64,000 nt of DNA from Gemmatimonadales bacterium. Its GTDB lineage: Bacteria > Gemmatimonadota > Gemmatimonadetes > Gemmatimonadales > GWC2-71-9. The stretch lies in the NCBI GenBank assembly GCA_039794085.1, contig JBDIWC010000003.1, positions 64,001-128,000 of the forward strand, in the 5' to 3' direction. Position 1 is the first letter of the stretch; each line of letters begins with the position of its first letter. The position numbers and the translations under genes were made by a program. The notes under the pieces were generated by a model. That model was not told the DNA's origin. It made no database searches and was given only the letters and a program-made list of their open reading frames with translations. This document shows positions 48,555-57,622 of this stretch, piece after piece.

Positions 48555-50498
48555 ATGCACAGAGCGGGGTTTTTGCCGGGGCTTCTCCTCCTCGCGGGCG
48601 GCGTGCTCTCCTGTGCGCCTGCGCGACAACCCTCGCGCGCGCTCACGCCGGTGGCCGAGGGGGGCCTGGGAATTGCTCGAACCGTCCGAGGCGAGGGAGG
48701 ACTCCCCGCCGTCGATTCGGTCCGGGGGCCGTTTGCTCTCACGGTCGTGTATCCCACGCCGGAAGTGACGCTCGACCCCGCCGACTCGACTTTCCTCTAC
48801 GGAGCCGCGGGCAACGGCCGCGCCACCGTGACCGTGAATGGAGCGGTCGCCGAGGTCTGGCCTAACGGTGCGTGGATTGCGTGGGCGCTCCCCCGGACCG
48901 GACGCCCGGGCGAAGCCGTGTTCGAGGTGGTCGCGGCTCTCGAGGGCGACACCGCCCGGGTGACGCATTCAACCCGGGAACAGTTCCGGTACCACCCTCC
49001 GCGCGACGGATCGCTCTGGGCCGACACCACATCGATGTGGCCCCGCGGCGAGGCGGAATGGCCGGGGGGGGAGCCCTTCCTCCTCTCCGTGCGCGCCACC
49101 CCGGGCGCCGGAGTGGCCCTCCGCCTGGCCGATGGGACCTCCATCCCCTTCATCGAGGGAGTGCGGCTCACTCCGGTCCCCGAGGGGATCCGCAACTTCG
49201 ACCGGGATCCGGTCCGCCTCCGCCGGGACACCCTCGACGGGATCTATCGCGCGGAGATCGACAGGGAGCCGCTCGGGGCGGGGGAGGGGCCTCCGATGCT
49301 GGTGGTCGCCCGGGGAGGGGACACGCTGGAGATTCCCTGGCCTCTCCGGTTGGTGCGGGTCGGTCGTCCCTCGCCGGTGGTTCTCGACGACGATCCGCGG
49401 GGGGAGGGAGGTCCCGGTGTGGATGGCATCACGCCGGGACGGGCCGTGCCCGGGGGGACCTATCATTGGTTTTTCCCCGCGGGGACCGTCGTCACGCCGG
49501 CCGGCCGGATCAATGGTGACCAGCGGATCCGCCTCGATACCGGACAGATGGCCTGGGTCTCCGCCCGGGAAACCCGCCCCGATCCGAGGGCCCTCCCGGA
49601 GGGTCCCGCGGTGATCGGAACCGTGACCCTGACCCCGGGGCATCCGGCCCGCGTCCGCATTCCCGTCGGCCGCAGGGTTCCCTTCCGGGTCACCGAGGAG
49701 GGAGATCGTCTCACGTTGGTGTTGTACAATGCGGTGGGTGACGTGGACTGGATCCGGTATGGCGCCGAAGAACCGGGGGGGAACCTGGTGCGGGAAGTGC
49801 GGTGGCGCCAGACGGCGACCGATCGGGCCGTGATCGATTTCCTTCTCGCCGAGCCGCTCTGGGGGTATCGCATCTCGTGGGATCAGGAGGACCTGATCCT
49901 GGAGTTGCGGTCCCCCCCGGCGATCGACCGGAAGCATCCCCTGCGAGGTCGAGTCATCGTGGTCGACGCCGGCCATCCCCCGGGAGGGAGCACCGGGCCC
50001 ACCGGACTCACCGAGGCCGATGCCAATCTCTTCATCGCCCGGCGCCTCTCGACCATGCTGGAGGCGGAGGGGGCCACGGTCGTCTCCCTTCGACCCACCG
50101 AACATCCGGTCGGCCTCGTGGAGCGGGGGCAGAGAGCCGACCAGGTCGGGGCGGACCTCCTCGTCTCCATCCACAACAATGCCCTGCCCGATGGCGTGCC
50201 ACCCGGGCCGAACAGCGGAAGCAGCACCTTCTATCACCGGCCTGCGAGCCTCCCGCTCGCCCGCGCGGTGCAGGCTCAACTCGTCCGCCGGCTCGGCGCG
50301 GGCGATCTCGGGGTGGCCCAGGCCGACCTCGCCGTCATCCGGCGCACCGGGATGCCGGCCATCATGACCGAGGGCCTCTTCATGATGCTTCCCGAGCATG
50401 AGGCGGCACTGCGCACGCCCGAGGTTCAGACCCGGTACGCTGAGGCGGTACGGGACGGTTTGATCGCCTTTCTTCGCTCAGTGGCGGGGGACCGGTGA
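48555..50498 (+). CDS. N-acetylmuramoyl-L-alanine amidase (Amidase_3), lipoprotein
   Basis: Lipobox VLSC; C-terminal VDAGH, E..AN, SIHNNA, IMTEG. Confidence 0.88.
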   Translation: MHRAGFLPGLLLLAGGVLSCAPARQPSRALTPVAEGGLGIARTVRGEGGLPAVDSVRGPFALTVVYPTPEVTLDPADSTFLYGAAGNGRATVTVNGAVAEVWPNGAWIAWALPRTGRPGEAVFEVVAALEGDTARVTHSTREQFRYHPPRDGSLWADTTSMWPRGEAEWPGGEPFLLSVRATPGAGVALRLADGTSIPFIEGVRLTPVPEGIRNFDRDPVRLRRDTLDGIYRAEIDREPLGAGEGPPMLVVARGGDTLEIPWPLRLVRVGRPSPVVLDDDPRGEGGPGVDGITPGRAVPGGTYHWFFPAGTVVTPAGRINGDQRIRLDTGQMAWVSARETRPDPRALPEGPAVIGTVTLTPGHPARVRIPVGRRVPFRVTEEGDRLTLVLYNAVGDVDWIRYGAEEPGGNLVREVRWRQTATDRAVIDFLLAEPLWGYRISWDQEDLILELRSPPAIDRKHPLRGRVIVVDAGHPPGGSTGPTGLTEADANLFIARRLSTMLEAEGATVVSLRPTEHPVGLVERGQRADQVGADLLVSIHNNALPDGVPPGPNSGSSTFYHRPASLPLARAVQAQLVRRLGAGDLGVAQADLAVIRRTGMPAIMTEGLFMMLPEHEAALRTPEVQTRYAEAVRDGLIAFLRSVAGDR

Positions 50499-50535
50499 GG
50501 TGTGCAGAATCTGCGGGAGCGGTCGTCTGTAGTCT

Positions 50536-50559
50536 GTAGGGGCGACGCATGCGTCGCCC
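50536..50559 (+). repeat. GTAG-tagged REP
   Basis: GTAG-GGGCGACGCATGCGTCGCCC palindrome. Confidence 0.8.
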
Positions 50560-50591
50560 GGGCGCGGGTCGGCGCGGGACCCACGGAGGCC

Positions 50592-50863
50592 GTCATCGCG
50601 AGGCGGCGACGCCGCCGTGGCGATCTCGTGCGCGGAATGTGGCGCCGGAAGAGAATGCCCGGCCTTCCTGCCGGAGTCCGTCATCGCGAGGCGGCGACGC
50701 CGCCGTGGCGATCTCGTGAGCGGGAGCTGGCTCTGGGAGAGGATGCCCGGCCTTCATGCCAGGACGGGCAGGAAGGGGTCCGGCAGGAAGGCCGAGGTGG
50801 TGTCACGCGTAGTCGGCATGGGTTCACGGGATTGCCACGGGCCCTTCGGGCCCTCGCAATGAC
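50592..50863. repeat. GTCATCGCGAGG REP cluster (two + copies, one - copy)
   Basis: Copies at 50592, 50680 and 50821-50863. Confidence 0.88.
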
Positions 50864-50887
50864 AGCTTTCCCGTATCGGGCCAGTGC

Positions 50888-53263
50888 GTGTCTGGATTCA
50901 TGATGAAAGCAGGTATGTCTGCGATGCGGTTCCCCGGGATGCCACTCGTCCGCTCTCGCCTCTTCCCCCTCTCGGGGTGGGGGCGCGGGGCGGCGTGTGC
51001 CTCCCTGCTGGTGGCACTGGGGATGGGACCCGCCGCCGGGATCCTTCGAGGCCAGGAACAGGTCGGAATCGAAGAAGCGGCGCTCCTCCGGTTCCAGGAT
51101 TCCCTTCGCCGGGTCAACGACACGGTGGATCTCGGGGAACTCGAGAGGCGATTGATCCTCCAGGCATCCCGGGCCATCTCCGATCCGGCGCTCCACCTCC
51201 GGCTCGGGTTTCTCGCCCTCCGGCTGGGCGAATTGGGCCAGACCGCCCACTTCAACGATGCGGCGAGCGAATTCCTCTGGACCACCCGTCTCCGTCCCGC
51301 CGCTCCCCTCGGCTGGTACGGACTGGGCCTCTCCGAGTTTGCGCTCGGACGGGTTCAAGCCGAGGCCTCACGCCGGGTTGCCGTCGGGCTGTTGGCGCGG
51401 GACGCCGCGGATCGGGCCGTCGTGGCCTTTGCGCGCGCCGCGGAGGTGGACCCCGGATTTGCGCATCGGCTCTATGCCCTGGCGGTGCGTTCCGTTCACG
51501 AGCGGGAGCCGACCCGGGCCCGGCTCGCCCTGGAGGCGCTGCGGCGCACCGCGCGGGGAACCACCGCCTCCCTGGATGTGCGCCTCAAGCTCGCCCTGGG
51601 CCGAACCGAGCGTGAGTTCGGGGATCTCACACTGGCCTTGCTGGCATTTGATCAGGTGGCGGACGATCTCGGTCCCCGGGGGGCGGGGCTTCCACTTCTC
51701 GAGGTGGCCCGGACCCGCTTCCTGATGGGGCGTCGTGATGGGGCGGTGCCGTACTTTGCCGGGGCGCGATCGGACGATTCGGCCACCGTGGCCGAGTATC
51801 GGAGCGATCTCGCCCCGATCGCGTCCCCCGCGGAACTCGCGAGGTTCGATGGAACCCGGGGGGAGGCCCGGGCCACCTTCCTCGCCCGGTTCTGGCGGGA
51901 GCGCGACCTGGCGGAGTTCCGGGAGCCGGGCGAGCGTCTGGTGGAGCATTACCGGCGACTCTACGAGGCTCGGCGTCGCTTTCCCCTCCGGGTTCCTCCC
52001 CGGGTGTGGGACGACCGCACCTGGATCGCCGTCAGCGAGGGGCCCCGGGTGGACGAACGGGGCGAGATCTTCATACGTCACGGCGAGCCCGACGACCGGG
52101 CCACCCTCCAGACCTTGGGGGTCGAGCCCAACGAATCGTGGCGCTACGCCCGGGGCGGGCAGGATCTCATCCTCCACTTCGTTGCCCGCCAGGATCCCGA
52201 GAACTTCCGTCTGGTCGAGAGTGTCTTCGACATCGTGGACGTGCGGAATGGAGCGACGCTGGCGGCGGGAGGGCCGGCCGGGCGGTCGGGTGATTCCTCC
52301 CGCGGTGGGTCGCCGCGCTGGAGCAGAGACGAACTGGTCCGATCCCGGGCCATTCTGGGGTCGGTTTATGGAGCGATCTCGGGCGCGGGAGGGTCGGAGG
52401 GGCGGGGTGGGGAGGATCTTCAGCTTGCCGAACGGCTGATCGGCCGGAGCAGCATTGTTCAGGCCCGGGGGACCGATTCCTACCGGCGACGGTTCCAGGC
52501 CGACCTCGGCGCGCGGGCGGAGGTTCTGGTGGCTCATGGTGCGGCCCGTGATGGGGCCCCGGGAAGCGTTGTGGTCCCGTTTGCCGTTCCTGGCGGCGGG
52601 ATGGAGCCGGTGCGGGGTTCGGGAGGGTTCGAGTATCCCCTGCGGCTGCGTCTCCTGCTGAGCGATCTGGACGGCGAGCCGGCTCTGCTGCGGGACACCA
52701 CGGTGAGTCTCGAGACCCCGCGCCTTCTCCCGCCGAACCGGGTGGTCCGCAGTGCGGTCCGCCTGCCGGTGCCGGCGGGACGATATGTGGCCCGGCTGCT
52801 CCTCGAGCAGGGGGATCAGGCCGGGACCTCCTTTGCACCCACGGTGGTGGAGGTGAGCCGGGTGAGCCACGACTCCCTCTCCGCCGGCGACGTTCTCCTC
52901 CGGTCGCTCACCCGCCGGGGAGGAGAGGTCGCGGTGGGAGCTCCCATCGACGACTCCCTCCTGGTCTCCCCGACCGGATCCTATGTCCAGGGGGATCGCC
53001 TCGGAGTGTCTCTTTTGCTGGCGGCGGAGCGCCCCTGGACGAGTCTCGAGGCGCGGCTGGTACTGATCCGCCAGGGAGAGGATGCCCGGGTGGAACTCAA
53101 TCGCGTCGTCACCGAGTCGGGACTGGCTCGTTCGGCCCGGCTGGATCAGGTGCTCGACCTGGGCGGGGTCCGGCCCGGGGAGTACTCGCTGGAGCTCACG
53201 GTGCGGACTCCGGATGGGCGTCTGGTGCGCCGGTGGCGGGACCTGGTGGTCTCGGGGCGCTGA
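50888..53263 (+). CDS. GWxTD-domain-like protein with N-terminal TPR-like helices
   Basis: RFWRERD...EHYRR...DERGEIFIRHGEPD...NESWRY; C-terminal Ig-like PGEYSLELTV; start uncertain. Confidence 0.75.
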   Translation: MSGFMMKAGMSAMRFPGMPLVRSRLFPLSGWGRGAACASLLVALGMGPAAGILRGQEQVGIEEAALLRFQDSLRRVNDTVDLGELERRLILQASRAISDPALHLRLGFLALRLGELGQTAHFNDAASEFLWTTRLRPAAPLGWYGLGLSEFALGRVQAEASRRVAVGLLARDAADRAVVAFARAAEVDPGFAHRLYALAVRSVHEREPTRARLALEALRRTARGTTASLDVRLKLALGRTEREFGDLTLALLAFDQVADDLGPRGAGLPLLEVARTRFLMGRRDGAVPYFAGARSDDSATVAEYRSDLAPIASPAELARFDGTRGEARATFLARFWRERDLAEFREPGERLVEHYRRLYEARRRFPLRVPPRVWDDRTWIAVSEGPRVDERGEIFIRHGEPDDRATLQTLGVEPNESWRYARGGQDLILHFVARQDPENFRLVESVFDIVDVRNGATLAAGGPAGRSGDSSRGGSPRWSRDELVRSRAILGSVYGAISGAGGSEGRGGEDLQLAERLIGRSSIVQARGTDSYRRRFQADLGARAEVLVAHGAARDGAPGSVVVPFAVPGGGMEPVRGSGGFEYPLRLRLLLSDLDGEPALLRDTTVSLETPRLLPPNRVVRSAVRLPVPAGRYVARLLLEQGDQAGTSFAPTVVEVSRVSHDSLSAGDVLLRSLTRRGGEVAVGAPIDDSLLVSPTGSYVQGDRLGVSLLLAAERPWTSLEARLVLIRQGEDARVELNRVVTESGLARSARLDQVLDLGGVRPGEYSLELTVRTPDGRLVRRWRDLVVSGR

Positions 53264-53327
53264 GCCCGGGAGCAGATTTGTGATGTGAATACCGGTTCGT
53301 CGCGCCCTGCCGTCCCTTCGCCCGGGA

Positions 53328-53356
53328 TTGTGCTCCCTCTCCCGATCTCCTAGCTT
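53328..53356 (+). promoter_or_regulatory. Putative sigma70 promoter of nrdJ
   Basis: TTGTGC-17 nt-TAGCTT. Confidence 0.45.
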
Positions 53357-53392
53357 GACCATCCCAACACAGCTCCCCGCGTGAGGCTGGAC

Positions 53393-53419
53393 GGGCACCC
53401 TTCGGGGTGGTTTTTTGTT
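53393..53419 (+). terminator. Intrinsic terminator-like hairpin upstream of nrdJ
   Basis: CACCC-TTCG-GGGTG followed by GTTTTTTGTT. Confidence 0.5.
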
Positions 53420-53463
53420 CGCTCTTCCTTCGCTACTTTTGAACAGAACACAGAGAGGGATCC

Positions 53464-55992
53464 ATGGCATCTGCCTCCCCGCAGCGGGCGCCGATTTCGC
53501 TGTCGCCGAACGCGATGACCGTCCTTGAAAAGCGCTACCTCATCAAGGATGATGCGGGGAACCCGGTCGAACGTCCCGAAGATCTCTTCCTGCGCGTGGC
53601 CCGGGTGGTGGCGGCCCCCGATCGGCAGTACGGCGCCTCGGACGGGGCGGTCGACACCCTCGCCGACGCCTTCTATGACGTGATGGCCCGCCGGCTCTTC
53701 ATGCCGAACTCCCCCACCCTGATGAACGCGGGACGTCCCTTGGGGCAGCTCTCGGCGTGCTTCGTCCTCCCGGTCGACGATGCGCTGAGCAACGGCGAGA
53801 GCGGCATCTATGACACCCTGCGGTCGATGGCCCTGGTGCATCAGTCGGGAGGGGGCACCGGCTTCAGCTTCTCGGCGCTCCGTCCCCGCAACGACATCGT
53901 GCGCTCCACCATGGGGGTGGCCTCGGGGCCGATCTCCTTCATGTCCCTCTTCGACGCCTCCACCGATGTCGTGAAGCAGGGAGGGACCCGCCGGGGCGCC
54001 AACATGGGGATCCTCCGGGTCGACCATCCCGACATCCTGGATTTCATCGCCTGCAAGGACGATACCTCGCGGATCACCAACTTCAACATCTCGGTGGCCG
54101 TCACCGACGCCTTCATGGCCGCGGTCGAGGTGGATGGCCAGTACGATCTTCTCCATCCCCGCACCCACGAGGTGGTGGGGCAGCTCCGCGCCCGCGAGGT
54201 CTGGGAGCGGATCATCCACGGTGCCTGGAAAACCGGGGAGCCGGGGGTGTTCTTCATCGACCGGGCCAACTACTACAATCCGGTGCCCCACCTCGGGTCG
54301 TACGAGGCCACCAACCCGTGCGGAGAGCAACCGCTTCTCCCCTACGACGTCTGCAACCTCGGGTCGATCAACCTCGGAGCCTTCGTCTCCGCCACCGGCA
54401 CCGACCTCGACTGGGACCATCTCCGGCAGGTGGTCCACCTGACGACGCACTTCCTCGAGAACGTGATCGACGCGAATCACTATCCGCTGCCTGCCATCAC
54501 CGACCTGGCCCAGCGGATCCGGCGCATTGGACTCGGGGTCATGGGGCTCGCCGACGTCTTCGTCCGGCTCGGTATCCCCTACGACTCGGAGGAGGCCGTC
54601 GCCCTGGGACGCAAGATCCAGCGCTTCGTCGACGAGGAGGGGAAGAACGAATCCGAACGGCTCGCCGGGATCCGCGGACCCTTCCCCGAATGGGACCGGA
54701 GCATCTGGGGGCCCGATGCCACCTGTGCCCGCGATGCCCAGGGCCACCGGATCCGCCCCATGCGGCGGCTCCGCAACTGCAACGTGACCACCGTGGCGCC
54801 CACCGGCACCATCTCGATCATCGCCGGGTGCAGCTCGGGGATCGAGCCCCTCTTCGCGGTGGCCTTCATGCGGAACCAGGCCGGCGTGCTGATGCCCGAC
54901 GTCAATCAGGACTTCGTCGACATCGCCCGGCGCGAGGGGTGGTACTCCGACGCCCTCATGCACCGGATCGCCGAGGCGGGACACCTCCAGTTCGACGAGG
55001 TGCCCGAGCAGTGGCGCCGGGTGTTCGTCACCGCCAACGCTATCCGACCCGAGTGGCACATCCGGATGCAGGCCGCCTTCCAGGAATACAACGACTCGGC
55101 CATCTCCAAGACCTGCAACTTTGCCCACGAGGCCACCGAGGAGGACGTCGAGGAGATCTACCGCCTCGCCTACCGCCTGGGGTGCAAGGGAGTCACCGTC
55201 TATCGCGACGGGAGCCGCGACATGCAGGTCCTGAGCACCGGATCCACCGCGAAGAAGGTCCAGGAGCAGGCCACCGGGTCCGGATCCGCCCAGGCCCGGG
55301 GCGACCTCGCCGCCATGTCCTCCGCCGCGCCCGACGGCCGCCGGACCGAGAGTGCCGACCTGCGGGGGGAACTCGCCGAGCTGCGGGCCGAGAACGAGCG
55401 CCTCCGCCGCGTGGTGCACGAACTCGAGTCCGAGAATCTCCAGCGTCGCCAGAAGCGGAGCCGCCCCGAAATGCTCCGGGGCACCACCCGCCGGGTCGAC
55501 ACTCCCCTCGGCACCATGTACGTCACCATCACCGAGGACGACAAGGGGCAGGCCTTCGAGGTCTTCATGAGTCTCGGCAAGGCGGGCGGAGCCCTCATGG
55601 CCGACGTCGAAGCCCTCGGTCGTCTCATCAGCCTCGCCCTCCGGTCCGGGATCTCCATGAAGGAGATCCACCGCCAGCTCCGGGGCATCAGCTCCGACCG
55701 GGTCATCGGTCTCGGCGCCAGCCGCGTCATGTCCGTCCCCGATGCCGTCGGCATTGCGCTCGAACGGTGGATGATCGAGAAGCAGGGGATCCAGGAGGAA
55801 CTCCTCCCCGGCAGCGCCCCGGCCCCCGCCGATTCGATCGTCCGCACCGTGTCCCGCGGCGGAGAGGAAACCCTCTTCACTCCCCACCAGGCCGAACACC
55901 TGCTCGGTGCCTGCCCCGACTGCGGCTCCCAGCTCGAGTTCGCCGAAGGGTGCATGAAGTGCCACGTCTGCGGCTTCAGCGAGTGCGGATGA
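53464..55992 (+). CDS. nrdJ: Adenosylcobalamin-dependent (class II) ribonucleotide reductase with TSCPD domain and C-terminal zinc ribbon
   Basis: PNSPTLMNAG, QLSACFV, QGGTRRGANM, TNPCGEQ, CNLGSINL, APTGTISI, KGVTVYRDGSR, CPDC...CHVCGFSEC. Confidence 0.95.
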   Translation: MASASPQRAPISLSPNAMTVLEKRYLIKDDAGNPVERPEDLFLRVARVVAAPDRQYGASDGAVDTLADAFYDVMARRLFMPNSPTLMNAGRPLGQLSACFVLPVDDALSNGESGIYDTLRSMALVHQSGGGTGFSFSALRPRNDIVRSTMGVASGPISFMSLFDASTDVVKQGGTRRGANMGILRVDHPDILDFIACKDDTSRITNFNISVAVTDAFMAAVEVDGQYDLLHPRTHEVVGQLRAREVWERIIHGAWKTGEPGVFFIDRANYYNPVPHLGSYEATNPCGEQPLLPYDVCNLGSINLGAFVSATGTDLDWDHLRQVVHLTTHFLENVIDANHYPLPAITDLAQRIRRIGLGVMGLADVFVRLGIPYDSEEAVALGRKIQRFVDEEGKNESERLAGIRGPFPEWDRSIWGPDATCARDAQGHRIRPMRRLRNCNVTTVAPTGTISIIAGCSSGIEPLFAVAFMRNQAGVLMPDVNQDFVDIARREGWYSDALMHRIAEAGHLQFDEVPEQWRRVFVTANAIRPEWHIRMQAAFQEYNDSAISKTCNFAHEATEEDVEEIYRLAYRLGCKGVTVYRDGSRDMQVLSTGSTAKKVQEQATGSGSAQARGDLAAMSSAAPDGRRTESADLRGELAELRAENERLRRVVHELESENLQRRQKRSRPEMLRGTTRRVDTPLGTMYVTITEDDKGQAFEVFMSLGKAGGALMADVEALGRLISLALRSGISMKEIHRQLRGISSDRVIGLGASRVMSVPDAVGIALERWMIEKQGIQEELLPGSAPAPADSIVRTVSRGGEETLFTPHQAEHLLGACPDCGSQLEFAEGCMKCHVCGFSECG

Positions 55993-56055
55993 GGCACGAC
56001 AGGCGGTCGGCGGTCGGCGATAGGCGGTAGGGGGGGAGAGGGAGAAGGGAATGCG

Positions 56056-56339
56056 GTCATCGCGAGGGCCCGCAGGGTGTGGTCATCGCGAGGGCCCATG
56101 CTGTCATCGCGAGGGCCCGCAGGGCCCGTGGCGATCTCGTGAGCCCATGCCTGCCAGGCGGGACGCAAGGTCGGCCATCCTGCCGGAGTCGGCCATGCCG
56201 TCATCGCGAGGGCCCGCAGGGCCCGTGGCGATCTCGTGAGCCCATGCCTGCCAGGCGGGACGCAAGGTCGGCCATCCTGCCGGAGTCGGCCATGCTGTCA
56301 TCGCGAGGGCCCGGAGGGCCCGTGGCGATCTCGTAAGCC
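56056..56339 (+). repeat. Tandem GTCATCGCGAGGGCCCGCAGGGCCCGTGGCGATCTC REP array, 97-bp period
   Basis: Heads at 56056, 56082, 56103, 56200, 56297. Confidence 0.93.
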
Positions 56340-56702
56340 GATGCCGGGGTCCCGAGACACCGGGTTGGCCTTCATGCCACACTCACCAGCGTCTTCCAGT
56401 GGGTTATGCAACAGCCTCCCGCCAAGATCAGCCCAGGTGGGATTCGTCTCTTCGATCAAGGCGACCTTCTTCGACCGGCGACCGGCCTTGATCTGCTTTT
56501 CGCGAGCAATCGCACCCGCAGCGCTTTCCGATGTTTCGTAGTAGACGAGCTTCCAAACTCGGTATCGCTTTGCGAAGGAACCGCCGTAAGTACCGAGCCG
56601 GTGCTGGAGGAGGCGACGGCAGAGATCGGATGTCATGCCGGTGTAGAGAACGGAGTTTCTCGTGTTCGCGAGGATGTACACGAAGTAGGGACGTGAGCGC
56701 AT
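56298..56702 (-). CDS. Standalone GIY-YIG nuclease (UPF0213/YhbQ-like)
   Basis: YFVYIL...LYTGMTSDL.RR..QH, LVYYE, AIAREKQIK, NPTWADL. Confidence 0.92.
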   Translation of the reverse strand: MRSRPYFVYILANTRNSVLYTGMTSDLCRRLLQHRLGTYGGSFAKRYRVWKLVYYETSESAAGAIAREKQIKAGRRSKKVALIEETNPTWADLGGRLLHNPLEDAGECGMKANPVSRDPGIGLRDRHGPSGPSR

Positions 56703-56781
56703 TCCGGAGTCTACTGCGCATCGGGATCTGACTCATGGCCCATTGAACGCGGGAAGGGGCACAAGTAACGCCGCACCAGCG

Positions 56782-57229
56782 GTCATCGCGAGGGCCCATG
56801 CTGTCATCGCGAGGGCCCATGCTGTCATCGCGAGGGCCCGCAGGGCCCGTGGCGATCCCGTGAGCCCATGCCCGCCGGGCGCGACGCAGCGTTGGCCATC
56901 CCGCCGAAACCCCACCTGTCCGGGCTCTGGTGTGAAGGCCGGCCATCCGGCTCCCGAAGCCGACTTCCGCTCACGAGATCGCCACGTCGGCTTCGCCTCC
57001 TCGCGATGACGACCTCCGCGAGGGCCCGCAGGGCCCGTGGCGATCCCGTGAGCCCATGCCCGCCGGGCGCGACGCAGCGTTGGCCATCCCGCCGAAACCC
57101 CACCTGTCCGGGCTCTGGTGTGAAGGCCGGCCATCCGGCTCCCGAAGCCGACTTCCGCCCACGAGATCGCCACGTCGGGCTTGTTGCGAAGGCCCGAAGG
57201 GCCTGTGGCAATCGCCTCCTCGCGATGAC
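56782..57229. repeat. REP array and two tandem REPIN-like doublets (about 188-bp period) upstream of the GIY-YIG gene
   Basis: Heads at 56782, 56803, 56824; inverted copies ending 57010 and 57229; about 56829-57010 duplicated at about 57017-57229. Confidence 0.92.
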
Positions 57230-57361
57230 GACCTCCGCGGGGTCCCGCGCCTCCTTGCCTTGACGGCTCGCGCCCCTACCGTGAAACGAGCCCCCGGCCC
57301 ATATTCCCCGGTCATCCCGTACCGTCTCCACCCTGACACGCCACCCGGCCGAGGAATTCGC

Positions 57362-57622
57362 ATGCCGAACGAAGAGCTGAAACCGATCTCTCCCGAACGC
57401 GTGGCCGAGGAACTCCGCCGGATCTGTGGTTCGTTCCGGAGGGGCGAGATCAAGGCGGATGAATACGAGCATCGGTTTGCCCGCATGATCGGTGAACTGC
57501 GGGACCGCCGGATCGACGGCACTCGCGCCGAGATTCTCGCCGTCCTCTCCCCGTTGCAGCTCGAGGGCGTCGTGTCCCCCACCGAGTGGTTGCGCCTCAC
57601 CAAGCAACTCGGCCTTGCCTGA
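57362..57622 (+). CDS. Hypothetical helical protein (86 aa)
   Basis: GAGG SD, ATG 57362; FRRGEIKADEYE is SHOCT-like. Confidence 0.65.
   Translation: MPNEELKPISPERVAEELRRICGSFRRGEIKADEYEHRFARMIGELRDRRIDGTRAEILAVLSPLQLEGVVSPTEWLRLTKQLGLA

Noticed and set aside
53264..53463. Cobalamin riboswitch or NrdR box upstream of nrdJ
   Set aside because: No B12-box/GGGAA...GCCACTG core and no NrdR palindrome recognised.
53464..55992. Intein or intron in nrdJ with the adjacent GIY-YIG as its homing endonuclease
   Set aside because: nrdJ is continuous with no splice motifs; the GIY-YIG is outside the gene, on the opposite strand, and lacks a DNA-binding extension.
56056..56339. CRISPR array (regular repeat-spacer look, also at 58.5 kb and 62.4 kb)
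   Set aside because: Spacers are identical or homologous to each other, copies occur in both orientations at many loci, and there are no cas genes; these are REP arrays.
55993..57360. Short ORFs containing HREGPQGPWRSRE / VIARARRARGD motifs (also at 41, 44, 50.6, 58.5 and 62.4 kb)
   Set aside because: Translations of REP DNA.
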